Below are positions 1 to 12,116 of a DNA stretch of 64,000 nt, one piece after another. This stretch comes from Macrostomum hystrix. Taxonomy: Eukaryota > Animalia > Platyhelminthes. Below the pieces are notes generated by a model. That model saw nothing but the letters and a program-made list of their open reading frames with translations, was not told the DNA's origin and ran no database searches. The stretch lies in assembly GCA_950097015.1 (NCBI GenBank), contig CATNEN010000007.1:3472001-3536000 (forward strand), in the 5' to 3' direction. Position 1 is the first letter of the stretch. Each line of letters opens with the position of its first letter. The position numbers were made by a program, and so were the translations under genes.

Positions 1-160
1 CACCCCTGTCTCTCCGATTCTACCCCTGTCTCTCCGATTCTACCCCTGTCTCTCCGATTCTACCCCTGTCTCTCCGATTCTACCCCTGTCTCTCCGATTC
101 TACCCCTGTCTCTCCGATTCTACCCCTGTCTCTCCGATTCTTCCCCTGTCTCCCCGATTT
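1..160. repeat. 20-bp minisatellite (TCTCCGATTCTACCCCTGTC)n, truncated by window start
   Basis: About 8 near-perfect copies; same unit family as 7330-9030. Confidence 0.95.
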
Positions 161-169
161 CATTCCCTC

Positions 170-3100
170 TCGCTAAGATTATGTCCCTCATACACAGATT
201 CTATTCTTTTTCACTCAGATTCTATTCCTTCTCGGTCACATTCTATTCCCTCTCGGTCAGATTCTATTCCCTCTCGCTCAGATTCTATTCCTTCTCGCTC
301 AGATTCTATTCCTTCTCGGTCAGATTCTATTCCCTCTCGGTCAGATTCTATTCCCTCTCGCTCAGATTATATTCCTTCTCGCTCAGATTCTATTCCTTCT
401 CGGTCAGATTCTATTCCCTCTCGTCAGGTTCTATTCCTTCTCGGTCAGATTCTATTCCCTCTCGCTCAGATTATATTCCTTCTCGCTCAGATTCTATTCC
501 TTCTCGCTCAGATTCTATTCCTTCTCGGTCAGATTCTATTCCCTCTCGTCAGGTTCTATTCCTTCTCGGTCAGATTCTATTCCCTCTCGCTCAGATTATA
601 TTCCTTCTCGCTCAGATTCTATTCTTTCTCGCTCAGATTCTATTCCTTCTCGGTCAGATTCTATTCCCTCTCGTCAGGTTCTATTCCTTCTCGGTCAGAT
701 TCTATTCCCTCTCGCTCAGATTATATTCCTTCTCGCTCAGATTCTATTCCTTCTCGCTTAGATTCTATTCCTTCTCGGTCAGATTCTATTCCCTCTCGTC
801 AGGTTCTATTCCTTCTCGGTCAGATTCTATTCCCTCTCGCTCAGATTATATTCCCTCTCGGTCAGATTATATTCCCTCTCGCTCAGATTCTATTCCCTCT
901 CGCTCAGATTCTATTCCTTCTCGCTCAGATTCTATTCCTTCTCGCTCAGATTCTATTCCTTCTCGGTCAGATTCTATTCCCTCTCGTCAGGTTCTATTCC
1001 TTCTCGGTCAGATTCTATTCCCTCTCGCTCAGATTATATTCCCTCTCGGTCAGATTCTATTCCCTCTCGGTCAGATTCTATTCCCTCTCGCTCAGATTCT
1101 ATTCCTTCTCGCTCAGATTCTATTCCCTCTCGTTCAGATTCTATTCCTTCTCGGTCAGATTCTATTCCCTCTCGGTCAGATTCTATTCCTTCTCGGTCAG
1201 ATTCTATTCCCTCTCGCTCAGATTATATTCCTTCTCGCTCAGATTCTATTCCTTCTCGCTCAGATTCTATTCCTTCTCGGTCAGATTCTATTCCCTCTCG
1301 TCAGGTTCTATTCCTTCTCGGTCAGATTCTATTCCCTCTCGCTCAGATTATATTCCTTCTCGCTCAGATTCTATTCCTTCTCGCTCAGATTCTATTCCTT
1401 CTCGGTCAGATTCTATTCCCTCTCGTCAGGTTCTATTCCTTCTCGGTCAGATTCTATTCCCTCTCGCTCAGATTATATTCCCTCTCGGTCAGATTCTATT
1501 CCCTCTCGCTCAGATTCTATTCCCTCTCGCTCAGATTCTATTCCTTCTCGCTCAGATTCTATTCCTTCTCGGTCAGATTCTATTCCCTCTCGGTCAGATT
1601 CTATTCCCTCTCGCTCAGATTCTATTCCTTCTCGGTCAGATTCTATTCCCTCTCGTCAGGTTCTATTCCTTCTCGGTCAGATTCTATTCCCTCTCGTTCA
1701 GATTCTATTCCCTCTCGGTCAGATTCTATTCCTTCTCGCTCAGATTCTATTCCTTCTCGGTCAGATTCTATTCCCTCTCGGTCAGATTCTATTCCCTCTC
1801 GCTCAGATTATATTCCTTCTCGCTCAGATTCTATTCCTTCTCGGTCAGATTCTATTCCCTCTCGTCAGGTTCTATTCCTTCTCGGTCAGATTCTATTCCC
1901 TCTCGCTCAGATTATATTCCTTCTCGCTCAGATTCTATTCCTTCTCGCTCAGATTCTATTCCTTCTCGGTCAGATTCTATTCCCTCTCGTCAGGTTCTAT
2001 TCCTTCTCGGTCAGATTCTATTCCCTCTCGCTCAGATTATATTCCCTCTCGGTCAGATTCTATTCCCTCTCGGTCAGATTCTATTCCCTCTCGCTCAGAT
2101 TCTATTCCTTCTCGCTCAGATTCTATTCCTTCTCGGTCAGATTCTATTCCCTCTCGGTCAGATTCTATTCCCTCTCGCTCAGATTCTATTCCTTCTCGGT
2201 CAGATTCTATTCCCTCTCGTCAGGTTCTATTCCTTCTCGGTCAGATTCTATTCCCTCTCGTTCAGATTCTATTCCCTCTCGGTCAGATTCTATTCCTTCT
2301 CGCTCAGATTCTATTCCTTCTCGGTCAGATTCTATTCCCTCTCGGTCAGATTCTATTCCCTCTCGCTCAGATTATATTCCTTCTCGCTCAGATTCTATTC
2401 CTTCTCGCTCAGATTCTATTCCTTCTCGGTCAGATTCTATTCCCTCTCGTCAGGTTCTATTCCTTCTCGGTCAGATTCTATTCCCTCTCGCTCAGATTAT
2501 ATTCCCTCTCGGTCAGATTCTATTCCCTCTCGGTCAGATTCTATTCCCTCTCGCTCAGATTCTATTCCTTCTCGCTCAGATTCTATTCCTTCTCGGTCAG
2601 ATTATATTCCCTCTCGCTCAGATTCTATTCCCTCTCGCTCAGATTCTATTCCTTCTCGCTCAGATTCTATTCCTTCTCGCTCAGGTTCTATTCCTTCTCG
2701 GTCAGATTCTATTCCCTCTCGGTCAGATTCTATTCCCTCTCGCTCAGATTCTATTCCTTCTCGGTCAGATTCTATTCCCTCTCGTCAGGTTCTATTCCTT
2801 CTCGGTCAGATTCTATTCCTTCTCGCTCAGATTATATTCCTTCTCGCTCAGATTCTATTCTTCTCGCTCAGATTCTATTCCTTCTCGGTCAGATTCTATT
2901 CCCTCTCGTCAGGTTCTATTCCTTCTCGGTCAGATTCTATTCCCTCTCGCTCAGATTATATTCCTTCTCGCTCAGATTCTATTCCTTCTCGCTTCAGATT
3001 CTATTCCTTCTCGGTCAGATTCTATTCCCTCTCGTCAGGTTCTATTCCTTCTCGGTCAGATTCTATTCCCTCTCGCTCAGATTATATTCCCTCTCGGTCA

Positions 3101-6100
3101 GATTCTATTCCCTCTCGCTCAGATTCTATTCCCTCTCGCTCAGATTCTATTCCTTCTCGCTCAGATTCTATTCCTTCTCGCTCAGATTCTATTCCTTCTC
3201 GGTCAGATTCTATTCCCTCTCGTCAGGTTCTATTCCTTCTCGGTCAGATTCTATTCCCTCTCGCTCAGATTATATTCCTTCTCGGTCAGATTCTATTCCC
3301 TCTCGGTCAGATTCTATTCCCTCTCGCTCAGATTCTATTCCTTCTCGCTCAGATTCTATTCCCTCTCGTTCAGATTCTATTCCTTCTCGGTCAGATTCTA
3401 TTCCCTCTCGGTCAGATTCTATTCCTTCTCGGTCAGATTCTATTCCCTCTCGCTCAGATTATATTCCTTCTCGCTCAGATTCTACTCCTTCTCGCTCAGA
3501 TTCTATTCCTTCTCGGTCAGATTCTATTCCCTCTCGTCAGGTTCTATTCCTTCTCGGTCAGATTCTATTCCCTCTCGCTCAGATTATATTCCTTCTCGCT
3601 CAGATTCTATTCCTTCTCGCTCAGATTCTATTCCTTCTCGGTCAGATTCTATTCCCTCTCGTCAGGTTCTATTCCTTCTCGGTCAGATTCTATTCCCTCT
3701 CGCTCAGATTATATTCCCTCTCGGTCAGATTCTATTCCCTCTCGCTCAGATTCTATTCCCTCTCGCTCAGATTCTATTCCTTCTCGCTCAGATTCTATTC
3801 CTTCTCGGTCAGATTCTATTCCCTCTCGGTCAGATTCTATTCCCTCTCGCTCAGATTCTATTCCTTCTCGGTCAGATTCTATTCCCTCTCGTCAGGTTCT
3901 ATTCCTTCTCGGTCAGATTCTATTCCCTCTCGTTCAGATTCTATTCCCTCTCGGTCAGATTCTATTCCTTCTCGCTCAGATTCTATTCCCTCTCGCTCAG
4001 ATTCTATTCCTTCTCGCTCAGATTCTATTCCCTCTCGTCAGGTTCTATTCCTTCTCGGTCAGATTCTATTCCCTCTCGCTCAGATTATATTCCCTCTCGG
4101 TCAGATTCTATTCCCTCTCGGTCAGATTCTATTCCCTCTCGCTCAGATTCTATTCCTTCTCGCTCAGATTCTATTCCTTCTCGGTCAGATTCTATTCCCT
4201 CTCGGTCAGATTCTATTCCCTCTCGCTCAGATTCTATTCCTTCTCGGTCAGATTCTATTCCCTCTCGTCAGGTTCTATTCCTTCTCGGTCAGATTCTATT
4301 CCCTCTCGTTCAGATTCTATTCCCTCTCGGTCAGATTCTATTCCTTCTCGCTCAGATTCTATTCCTTCTCGGTCAGATTCTATTCCCTCTCGGTCAGATT
4401 CTATTCCCTCTCGCTCAGATTCTATTCCTTCTCGCTCAGATTCTATTCCTTCTCGCTCAGATTCTATTCCTTCTCGGTCAGATTCTATTCCCTCTCGTCA
4501 GGTTCTATTCCTTCTCGGTCAGATTCTATTCCCTCTCGCTCAGATTATATTCCTTCTCGCTCAGATTCTATTCCTTCTCGCTTAGATTCTATTCCCTCTC
4601 GGTCAGATTCTATTCCCTCTCGTCAGGTTCTATTCCTTCTCGGTCAGATTCTATTCCCTCTCGCTCAGATTATATTCCCTCTCGGTCAGATTATATTCCC
4701 TCTCGGTCAGATTCTATTCCCTCTCGCTCAGATTCTATTCCTTCTCGCTCAGATTCTATTCCTTCTCGCTCAGATTCTATTCCTTCTCGGTCAGATTCTA
4801 TTCCCTCTCGTCAGGTTCTATTCCTTCTCGGTCAGATTATATTCCCTCTCGCTCAGATTATATTCCTTCTCGCTCAGATTCTATTCCTTCTCGCTCAGAT
4901 TCTATTCCTTCTCGGTCAGATTCTATTCCCTCTCGTCAGGTTCTATTCCTTCTCGGTCAGATTCTATTCCTCTCGCTCAGATTATATTCCCTCTCGGTCA
5001 GATTCTATTCCCTCTCGCTCAGATTCTATTCCCTCTCGCTCAGATTCTATTCCTTCTCGCTCAGATTCTATTCCTTCTCGGTCAGATTCTATTCCCTCTC
5101 GGTCAGATTCTATTCCCTCTCGCTCAGATTCTATTCCTTCTCGGTCAGATTCTATTCCCTCTCGTCAGGTTCTATTCCTTCTCGGTCAGATTCTATTCCC
5201 TCTCGTTCAGATTCTATTCCCTCTCGGTCAGATTCTATTCCTTCTCGCTCAGATTCTATTCCTTCTCGGTCAGATTCTATTCCCTCTCGGTCAGATTCTA
5301 TTCCCTCTCGCTCAGATTATATTCCTTCTCGCTCAGATTCTATTCCTTCTCGGTCAGATTCTATTCCCTCTCGTCAGGTTCTATTCCTTCTCGGTCAGAT
5401 TCTATTCCCTCTCGCTCAGATTATATTCCTTCTCGCTCAGATTCTATTCCTTCTCGCTCAGATTCTATTCCTTCTCGCTCAGATTCTATTCCCTCTCGTC
5501 AGGTTCTATTCCTTCTCGGTCAGATTCTATTCCCTCTCGCTCAGATTATATTCCCTCTCGGTCAGATTCTATTCCCTCTCGGTCAGATTCTATTCCCTCT
5601 CGCTCAGATTCTATTCCTTCTCGCTCAGATTTTATTCCTTCTCGGTCAGATTCTATTCCCTCTCGGTCAGATTCTATTCCCTCTCGCTCAGATTCTATTC
5701 CTTCTCGGTCAGATTCTATTCCCTCTCGTCAGGTTCTATTCCTTCTCGGTCAGATTCTATTCCCTCTCGTTCAGATTCTATTCCCTCTCGGTCAGATTCT
5801 ATTCTTTCTCGCTCAGATTCTATTCCTTCTCGGTCAGATTCTATTCCCTCTCGGTCAGATTCTATTCCCTCTCGCTCAGATTATATTCCTTCTCGCTCAG
5901 ATTCTATTCCTTCTCGCTCAGATTCTATTCCTTCTCGGTCAGATTCTATTCCCTCTCGTCAGGTTCTATTCCTTCTCGGTCAGATTCTATTCCCTCTCGC
6001 TCAGATTATATTCCTTCTCGCTCAGATTCTATTCCTTCTCGCTTAGATTCTATTCCCTCTCGGTCAGATTCTATTCCCTCTCGTCAGGTTCTATTCCTTC

Positions 6101-6810
6101 TCGGTCAGATTCTATTCCCTCTCGCTCAGATTATATTCCCTCTCGGTCATATTATATTCCCTCTCGGTCAGATTCTATTCCCTCTCGCTCAGATTCTATT
6201 CCTTCTCGCTCAGATTCTATTCCTTCTCGCTCAGATTCTATTCCTTCTCGGTCAGATTCTATTCCCTCTCGTCAGGTTCTATTCCTTCTCGGTCAGATTA
6301 TATTCCCTCTCGCTCAGATTATATTCCTTCTCGCTCAGATTCTATTCCTTCTCGCTCAGATTCTATTCCTTCTCGGTCAGATTCTATTCCCTCTCGTCAG
6401 GTTCTATTCCTTCTCGGTCAGATTCTATTCCCTCTCGTTCAGATTCTATTCCCTCTCGGTCAGATTCTATTCCCTCTCGCTCAGATTCTATTCCTTCTCG
6501 CTCAGATTCTATTCCTTCTCGGTCAGATTCTATTCCCTCTCGGTCAGATTCTATTCCCTCTCGCTCAGATTCTATTCCTTCTCGGTCAGATTCTATTCCC
6601 TCTCGTCAGGTTCTATTCCTTCTCGGTCAGATTCTATTCCCTCTCGTTCAGATTCTATTCCCTCTCGGTCAGATTCTATTCCTTCTCGCTCAGATTCTAT
6701 TCCTTCTCGGTCAGATTCTATTCCCTCTCGGTCAGATTCTATTCCCTCTCGCTCAGATTCTATTCCTTCTCGGTCAGATTCTATTCCCTCTCGTTCAGAT
6801 TCTACCCCTC
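170..6810. repeat. 21-bp minisatellite (CTCG[G/C]TCAGATTCTATTCC[C/T]T)n with periodic 20-bp variant CTCGTCAGGTTCTATTCCTT
   Basis: About 315 units by length. The common units have no stop codon in any + frame, which explains the 2212-aa ORF. Confidence 0.97.
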
Positions 6811-7329
6811 CCACACTAGGAGTGTTAGAATAATCAGCTTGTATTTTCTAACTAAAAGAAAAAGCTAAAAAAGATATTTAAGAGATTAAAAAAACAATTT
6901 TAAATCTCCTATTCCATTCTGTCTGACTAAAAGCGGCTAAATTATTTTAATTGAGAAGGACAAACTGGAGAAGACAGATTTTGAACAGTAATTTCTTTTA
7001 CGGAATTTCAAATTGAAGATTCAGAAAAAAATCTACACAAAAGGCATCCGTCGACTTCCTTTGGGATTGACAAACGGCGAGGCCTTTTTAATTAGCAAAT
7101 TCTTTAGCCTCACAAACTTGAGGCGTTTGAAGGATCGAAAACTGTGTCATGCAAATTTATATCAAGTCTGAGTTATGAAGCAGACGATAGCATAGCAACC
7201 TCTGAGACCTGATTGAGAAATCTGACACTTGATAGATCTGCTTCGTTTTCTTTTACGCAGAAGCAGCTGTCAGCAATGACTCGTTAGGCAAAGAAAAGTA
7301 CGCAAATTTTGAGAGGTGCCAGAGGCCTA

Positions 7330-9030
7330 TCTCACCGATTCTACCCCCGATTCTACCCCAGGCCCTTAAGTTCTACTCCCATCTCTCTGATTCTACCCCT
7401 GTCTCTCCAATTATACCCTTGTCTTTCCGATTCTACCCCTGTCTCTCCAATTCTACCCCTGTCTATCCAATTCTACCCCTCTCTATCCAATTCTACCCCT
7501 GTCTCTCCAATTGTACCCATGTCTTTCCGATTCTACCCCTGTCTATCCAATTCTACCCCTGTCTCTCCGATTCTACCCCTGTCTATCCAATTCTTTCCCT
7601 GTGTCTCCGATTCTACCCCTGTCTATCTAATTCTACTCCTGTCTCTCCGATTCTACCCCTGTCTATCCAATTCTACTATTGTCTCTTCGATTCTACCCCT
7701 GTCTCTCCGATTCTACCCCTGTCTATCCAATTCTACCCTTGTCTCTCCGATTCTACCCCTGTCTATCCAATTCTACTATTGTCTCTTCGATTCTACCCCT
7801 GTCTCTCCGATTCTACCCCTGTCTATCCAATTCTACCCTTGTCTCTCCGATTCTACCCCTGTCTATCCAATTCTTTCCCTGTCACTCCGATTCTACCCGT
7901 CTATCCAATTCTACCCTTGTCTCTCCGATTCTACCCCTGTCTATCCAATTCTACTCCTGTCTCTCCGATTCTTCCCCTGTCTTTCCGATTCTACCCCTGT
8001 CTCTCAAATTCTACCCCTGTCTATCCAATTCTACTCCTGTCTCTCCGATTCTTCCCCTGTCTCTCCGATTCTACCCCTGTCTATCCAATTCTACTCTTGT
8101 CTCTCCGATTCTTCCCCTGTCTATCCAATTCTACTCCTGTCTCTCCGATTCTTCCCCTGTCTCTCCGATTCTACCCCTGTCTCCCAAATTCTACCCCTGT
8201 CTATTCAATTCTACCCCTGTCTCTCAAATTCTACTCGATTCTACCCCGGTATCTCTAAATCTACCCGTCTCCCCAATTCTACCCCTCTCTATCCAATTCT
8301 ACCCCAGTCTATCCAAGTCTACGCCTGTCTCTCCAATTGTACCCATGTCTTTCCGATTCTACCCCTGTCTCTCCGATTCTACCCCTGTCTATCCAATTCT
8401 ACCCTTGTCTCTCCGATTCTACCCCTGTCTATCCAATTCTTTCCCTGTCACTCCGATTCTACCCCGTCTATCCAATTCTACCCTTGTCTCTCCGATTCTA
8501 CCCCTGTCTATCCAATTCTTTCCCTGTCACTCCGATTCTACCCGTCTATCCAATTCTACCCTTGTCTCTCCGATTCTACCCCTGTCTATCCAATTCTACT
8601 CCTGTCTCTCCGATTCTTCCCCTGTCTTTCCGATTCTACCCCTGTCTCTCAAATTCTACCCCTGTCTATCCAATTCTACTCCTGTCTCTCCGATTCTTCC
8701 CCTGTCTCTCCGATTCTACCCCTGTCTATCCAATTCTACTCTTGTCTCTCCGATTCTTCCCCTGTCTATCCAATTCTACTCCTGTCTCTCCGATTCTTCC
8801 CCTGTCTCTCCGATTCTACCCCTGTCTCTCAAATTCTACCCCTGTCTATCCAATTCTACTCCTGTCTCTCCGATTCTACCCCTGTCTATCCAATTCTACT
8901 CTTGTCTCTCCGATTCTTCCCCTGTCTATCCAATTCTACCCCTGTCTATCCAATTCTACCCCTGTCTCTCCAATTCTACTCGATTCTACCCCGGTATCTC
9001 TAAATCTACCCCGTCTCCCCAATTCTACCC
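7330..9030. repeat. 20-bp minisatellite (GTCT[C/A]TCC[G/A]ATTCTACCCCT)n
   Basis: About 85 degenerate units. A distinctive variant block at about 8225-8285 recurs at about 8970-9030, indicating an internal duplication of about 750 bp. Confidence 0.95.
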
Positions 9031-9399
9031 CGTCTTGGAAGACATGTCTCAGTCTCAATGGTAGAATGTTCTGCTATTTTTTTTTACCCAAATGGAGAGC
9101 TAACGAAACTACGAGTTGCCGTTGGGTAGAAACGAAAATTGAAACAAAAAGTGAAATCTGAAGCCGGGAAAAATTAATTAGCTGGCTGTGATTTGAAAAA
9201 AACGCCCAAGCAACCCTGGAAGAGGGAGTTAAACTGGGGAGGGAGAGCAAGCGTGAGGATTAGGAGAAAGTGGAGACTGGCAGATTTTAATTGAGCTTAT
9301 CGATTCAGTACACGCACACACTCTCTCTCTGGATATGACATTTCCGTGTTTCTGTGCCAGGACACACGCACAGATACGTAGCGAGTGAAGCCTCTAATG

Positions 9400-9450
9400 A
9401 TTGGTGACTCTGATTGGTGATATAAGCCCGGTCAGTTTTATTGAGTTCCA
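9400..9450 (+). promoter_or_regulatory. Possible Pol II core promoter (two inverted CCAAT boxes plus TATA-like box)
   Basis: ATTGG at 9400-9404 and 9413-9417, TATAAG at 9421-9426. Motif arrangement only; could instead be an LTR remnant. Confidence 0.25.
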
Positions 9451-9816
9451 TACTGGGCTGACTTCAAACCGCTTGCTTGCGCGAGTGTTTCGCCGAGTGG
9501 ACCCTCTTTGGGGAGCGACAAAGCCTTGGCTCGTAATAAGCTTAGCCAAGTTTTTTCCCAGCGTGTGCACTTTTCTTTTGCTTTCGCTAGGCTAGCAGAA
9601 AAGCTGCTGGAAGACGTGGAGAAAATTCTATAATTAGAACCACCTTGCTCAAGCGACTGCGATTGGAAAAACTACTTGTCATTTTGTGCTCCTGCACTAT
9701 GCTAACACTACAGGTGAAATGTACTTTTAGAAAGCTACCCAAATATAAATTGTGCATTATTAGCAGCTGCTTAAAGGCTTAGATACGAGCGTAATCCTGT
9801 TTAACGTATAAACATT

Positions 9817-10650
9817 CTGTCTAACACACTGTCTAACACCCTGTCTAACATACTGTCTAACACACTGTCTAACACACTGTCTAACACACTGTCTAACACC
9901 CTGTCTAACACACTGTCTAACACACTGTCTAACACATTGTCTGACACCATGTCTAACAGGATGCCATCATGTCTAACAGGATACCATCATTTCTAACAGG
10001 ATACCATCATGTCTAACAAGATACCATCATGTCTAACAGGATACCCTGATGTCTAACAAGATACCATCATGTCTAACAGGATGCCATCATGTCTAACACA
10101 CTGTCTAACACAATGTCTAACACACTGTCTAACACCCTATCTAACACACTGTCTAACACCCTGTCTAACACACTGTCTAACACACTGTCTAACACACTGT
10201 CTAACACACTGTCTAACACACTGTCTAACACACTGTCTAACACACTGTCTAACACACTGTCTAACACACTGTCTAACACATTGTCTGACACCATGTCTAA
10301 CAGGGTGCCATCATATCTAACAGGATAACATCATATCTAACAAGATACCATCATGTATAACAGGATACCATCATGTCTAACAGGATACCATCATGTCTAA
10401 CAGGATACCATCATGTCTAACAAGATACCATCATGTCTAACAAGATACCATCATGTCTAACAGGATACCATCATGTCTAACAAGATACCATCATGTCTAA
10501 CAGGATACCATCATGTCTAACAAGATACCATCATGTCTAACAAGATACCATCATGTCTAACAAGATACCATCATGTCTAACAGGATACCATCATGTCTAA
10601 CAAGATACCATCATGTCTAACAGGATACCATCATGTCTAACAGGATGCTA
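9817..10650. repeat. Composite array: 12-bp (CTGTCTAACACA)n alternating with 20-bp (CCATCATGTCTAACAGGATA)n in ABAB blocks
   Basis: 12-mer at about 9817-9945 and 10090-10290; 20-mer at about 9945-10090 and 10290-10650. Both share the core TGTCTAACA. Confidence 0.93.
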
Positions 10651-11780
10651 TCTTGACTTTCGGAGCCAGATAAAACAGAAACGGCAACCAAGTGGGCCTA
10701 GGAAAGCAGAAAAGTCATCCAGCTAAAATGTATTGAGCTGCCCATTTGCTGAGAGTGCTCAAAATCTGGCAATTTCTGCTTTCGCAGGCGAACTCGGTTT
10801 AATTGACGTTGTCTCTCTGGCCCTCGCCCCCTAGGAGGAGAAAAACTGAAAGAAATCTTTCACTTTGCCTGCCGGCAGCATGGTCGATCAGTGGAAGCGA
10901 ATTCTGTCAAAGCACTTTCGATCCGGTCATGACAACTGGAAATTCCCCAATTTGACCCCCTGATTTCTCGAGTGGTCGTTTGTCCAAATCTGGGCTGTTC
11001 TATTTTTAGTCCGATGGAATCGATATTTCTGTTGAATCTTTAGCAAGTGAGCAAATTTCAGGAAGCAAATCAAACGGCTCAGACAATAATCAGACCCCTC
11101 AATGTAACTCAGAACTGATGCTAAACAACTCTTATGCAAACAGAGACAAAAAAACTGAAATCAACTAATTAAGAAAACTAAAAACACAAGAAAAAATATT
11201 GTTTATATGTGCCATCCTTTGATATTCTAAATCTTATTTTCGATGCTGAAAATCTCATTATCGATATGAAAAAATCCAGTTTTCAAAGTCTTCAAATCAA
11301 AGTCTGACTCAAAGTGTCTTTGAGCTTTTGTGATTGTTCGCTGCTTATTGAAATAAGTACTTGGTCGATAAGATGCACACCAAAAACTCACTAGAGGCCC
11401 TGGACCAATCAGATGAGAGATAGAGTCAGGGAGTGAGGTGGCTGCATGGTGGGGCGGAGGACCGAGGTTCAGTGGTTCAGATCAGATTTAAAAAATACAA
11501 GAAATCATGGAATGTACATGTGGGCGTACATTGATTGTATCTTGGTTGAAATAAGTCAAAACGGAAATTTTCTGCACTTAACCCTATAAAAAGTGAAGAG
11601 TATAGCTAAATCTACCTTTACAAAACCTAAGCTTTCATTAACTCCTGCGAATATTATAGTGTATTATAAAACTACAACTTTTGTCCAGGAACTTTAGTGC
11701 AAGTTATTAATATATTTAGAGGTAAGAATTCACTCGCTACTTGTCTTGCAGACTCTTTAGCTAAAGGCAGAAGTAAAAAA

Positions 11781-12105
11781 TAGTCAGTTGATCAGGTAGT
11801 CAGTTGATCAGGTAGTCAGCTGATCAGGTAGTCAGTTGATCAGGTAGTCAGTTGATCAGGTAGTCAGCTGATCAGGTAGTCAGTTGATCAGGTAGTCAGC
11901 TGATCAGGTAGTCAGTTGATCAGGTAGTCAGCTGATCAGGTAGTCAGCTGATCAGGTAGTCAGTTGATCAGGTAGTCAGTTGATCAGGTAGTCAGTTGAT
12001 CAGGTAGTCAGTTGATCAGGTAGTCAGTTGATCAGGTAGTCAGTTGATCAGGTAGTCAATTCATCAGGTAGTCAATTCAACAGGTAGTCAGTTGATCAGG
12101 TATTC
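11781..12105. repeat. 16-bp minisatellite (TAGTCAG[T/C]TGATCAGG)n
   Basis: About 20 copies, ending directly before the ORF at 12117. Confidence 0.95.
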
Positions 12106-12116
12106 AGCTGATAGGG

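Noticed and set aside
181-6819. 2212-aa ORF
   Set aside because: Translation of a 21/20-bp array whose units lack stop codons; the peptide cycles through three frames of the same repeat.
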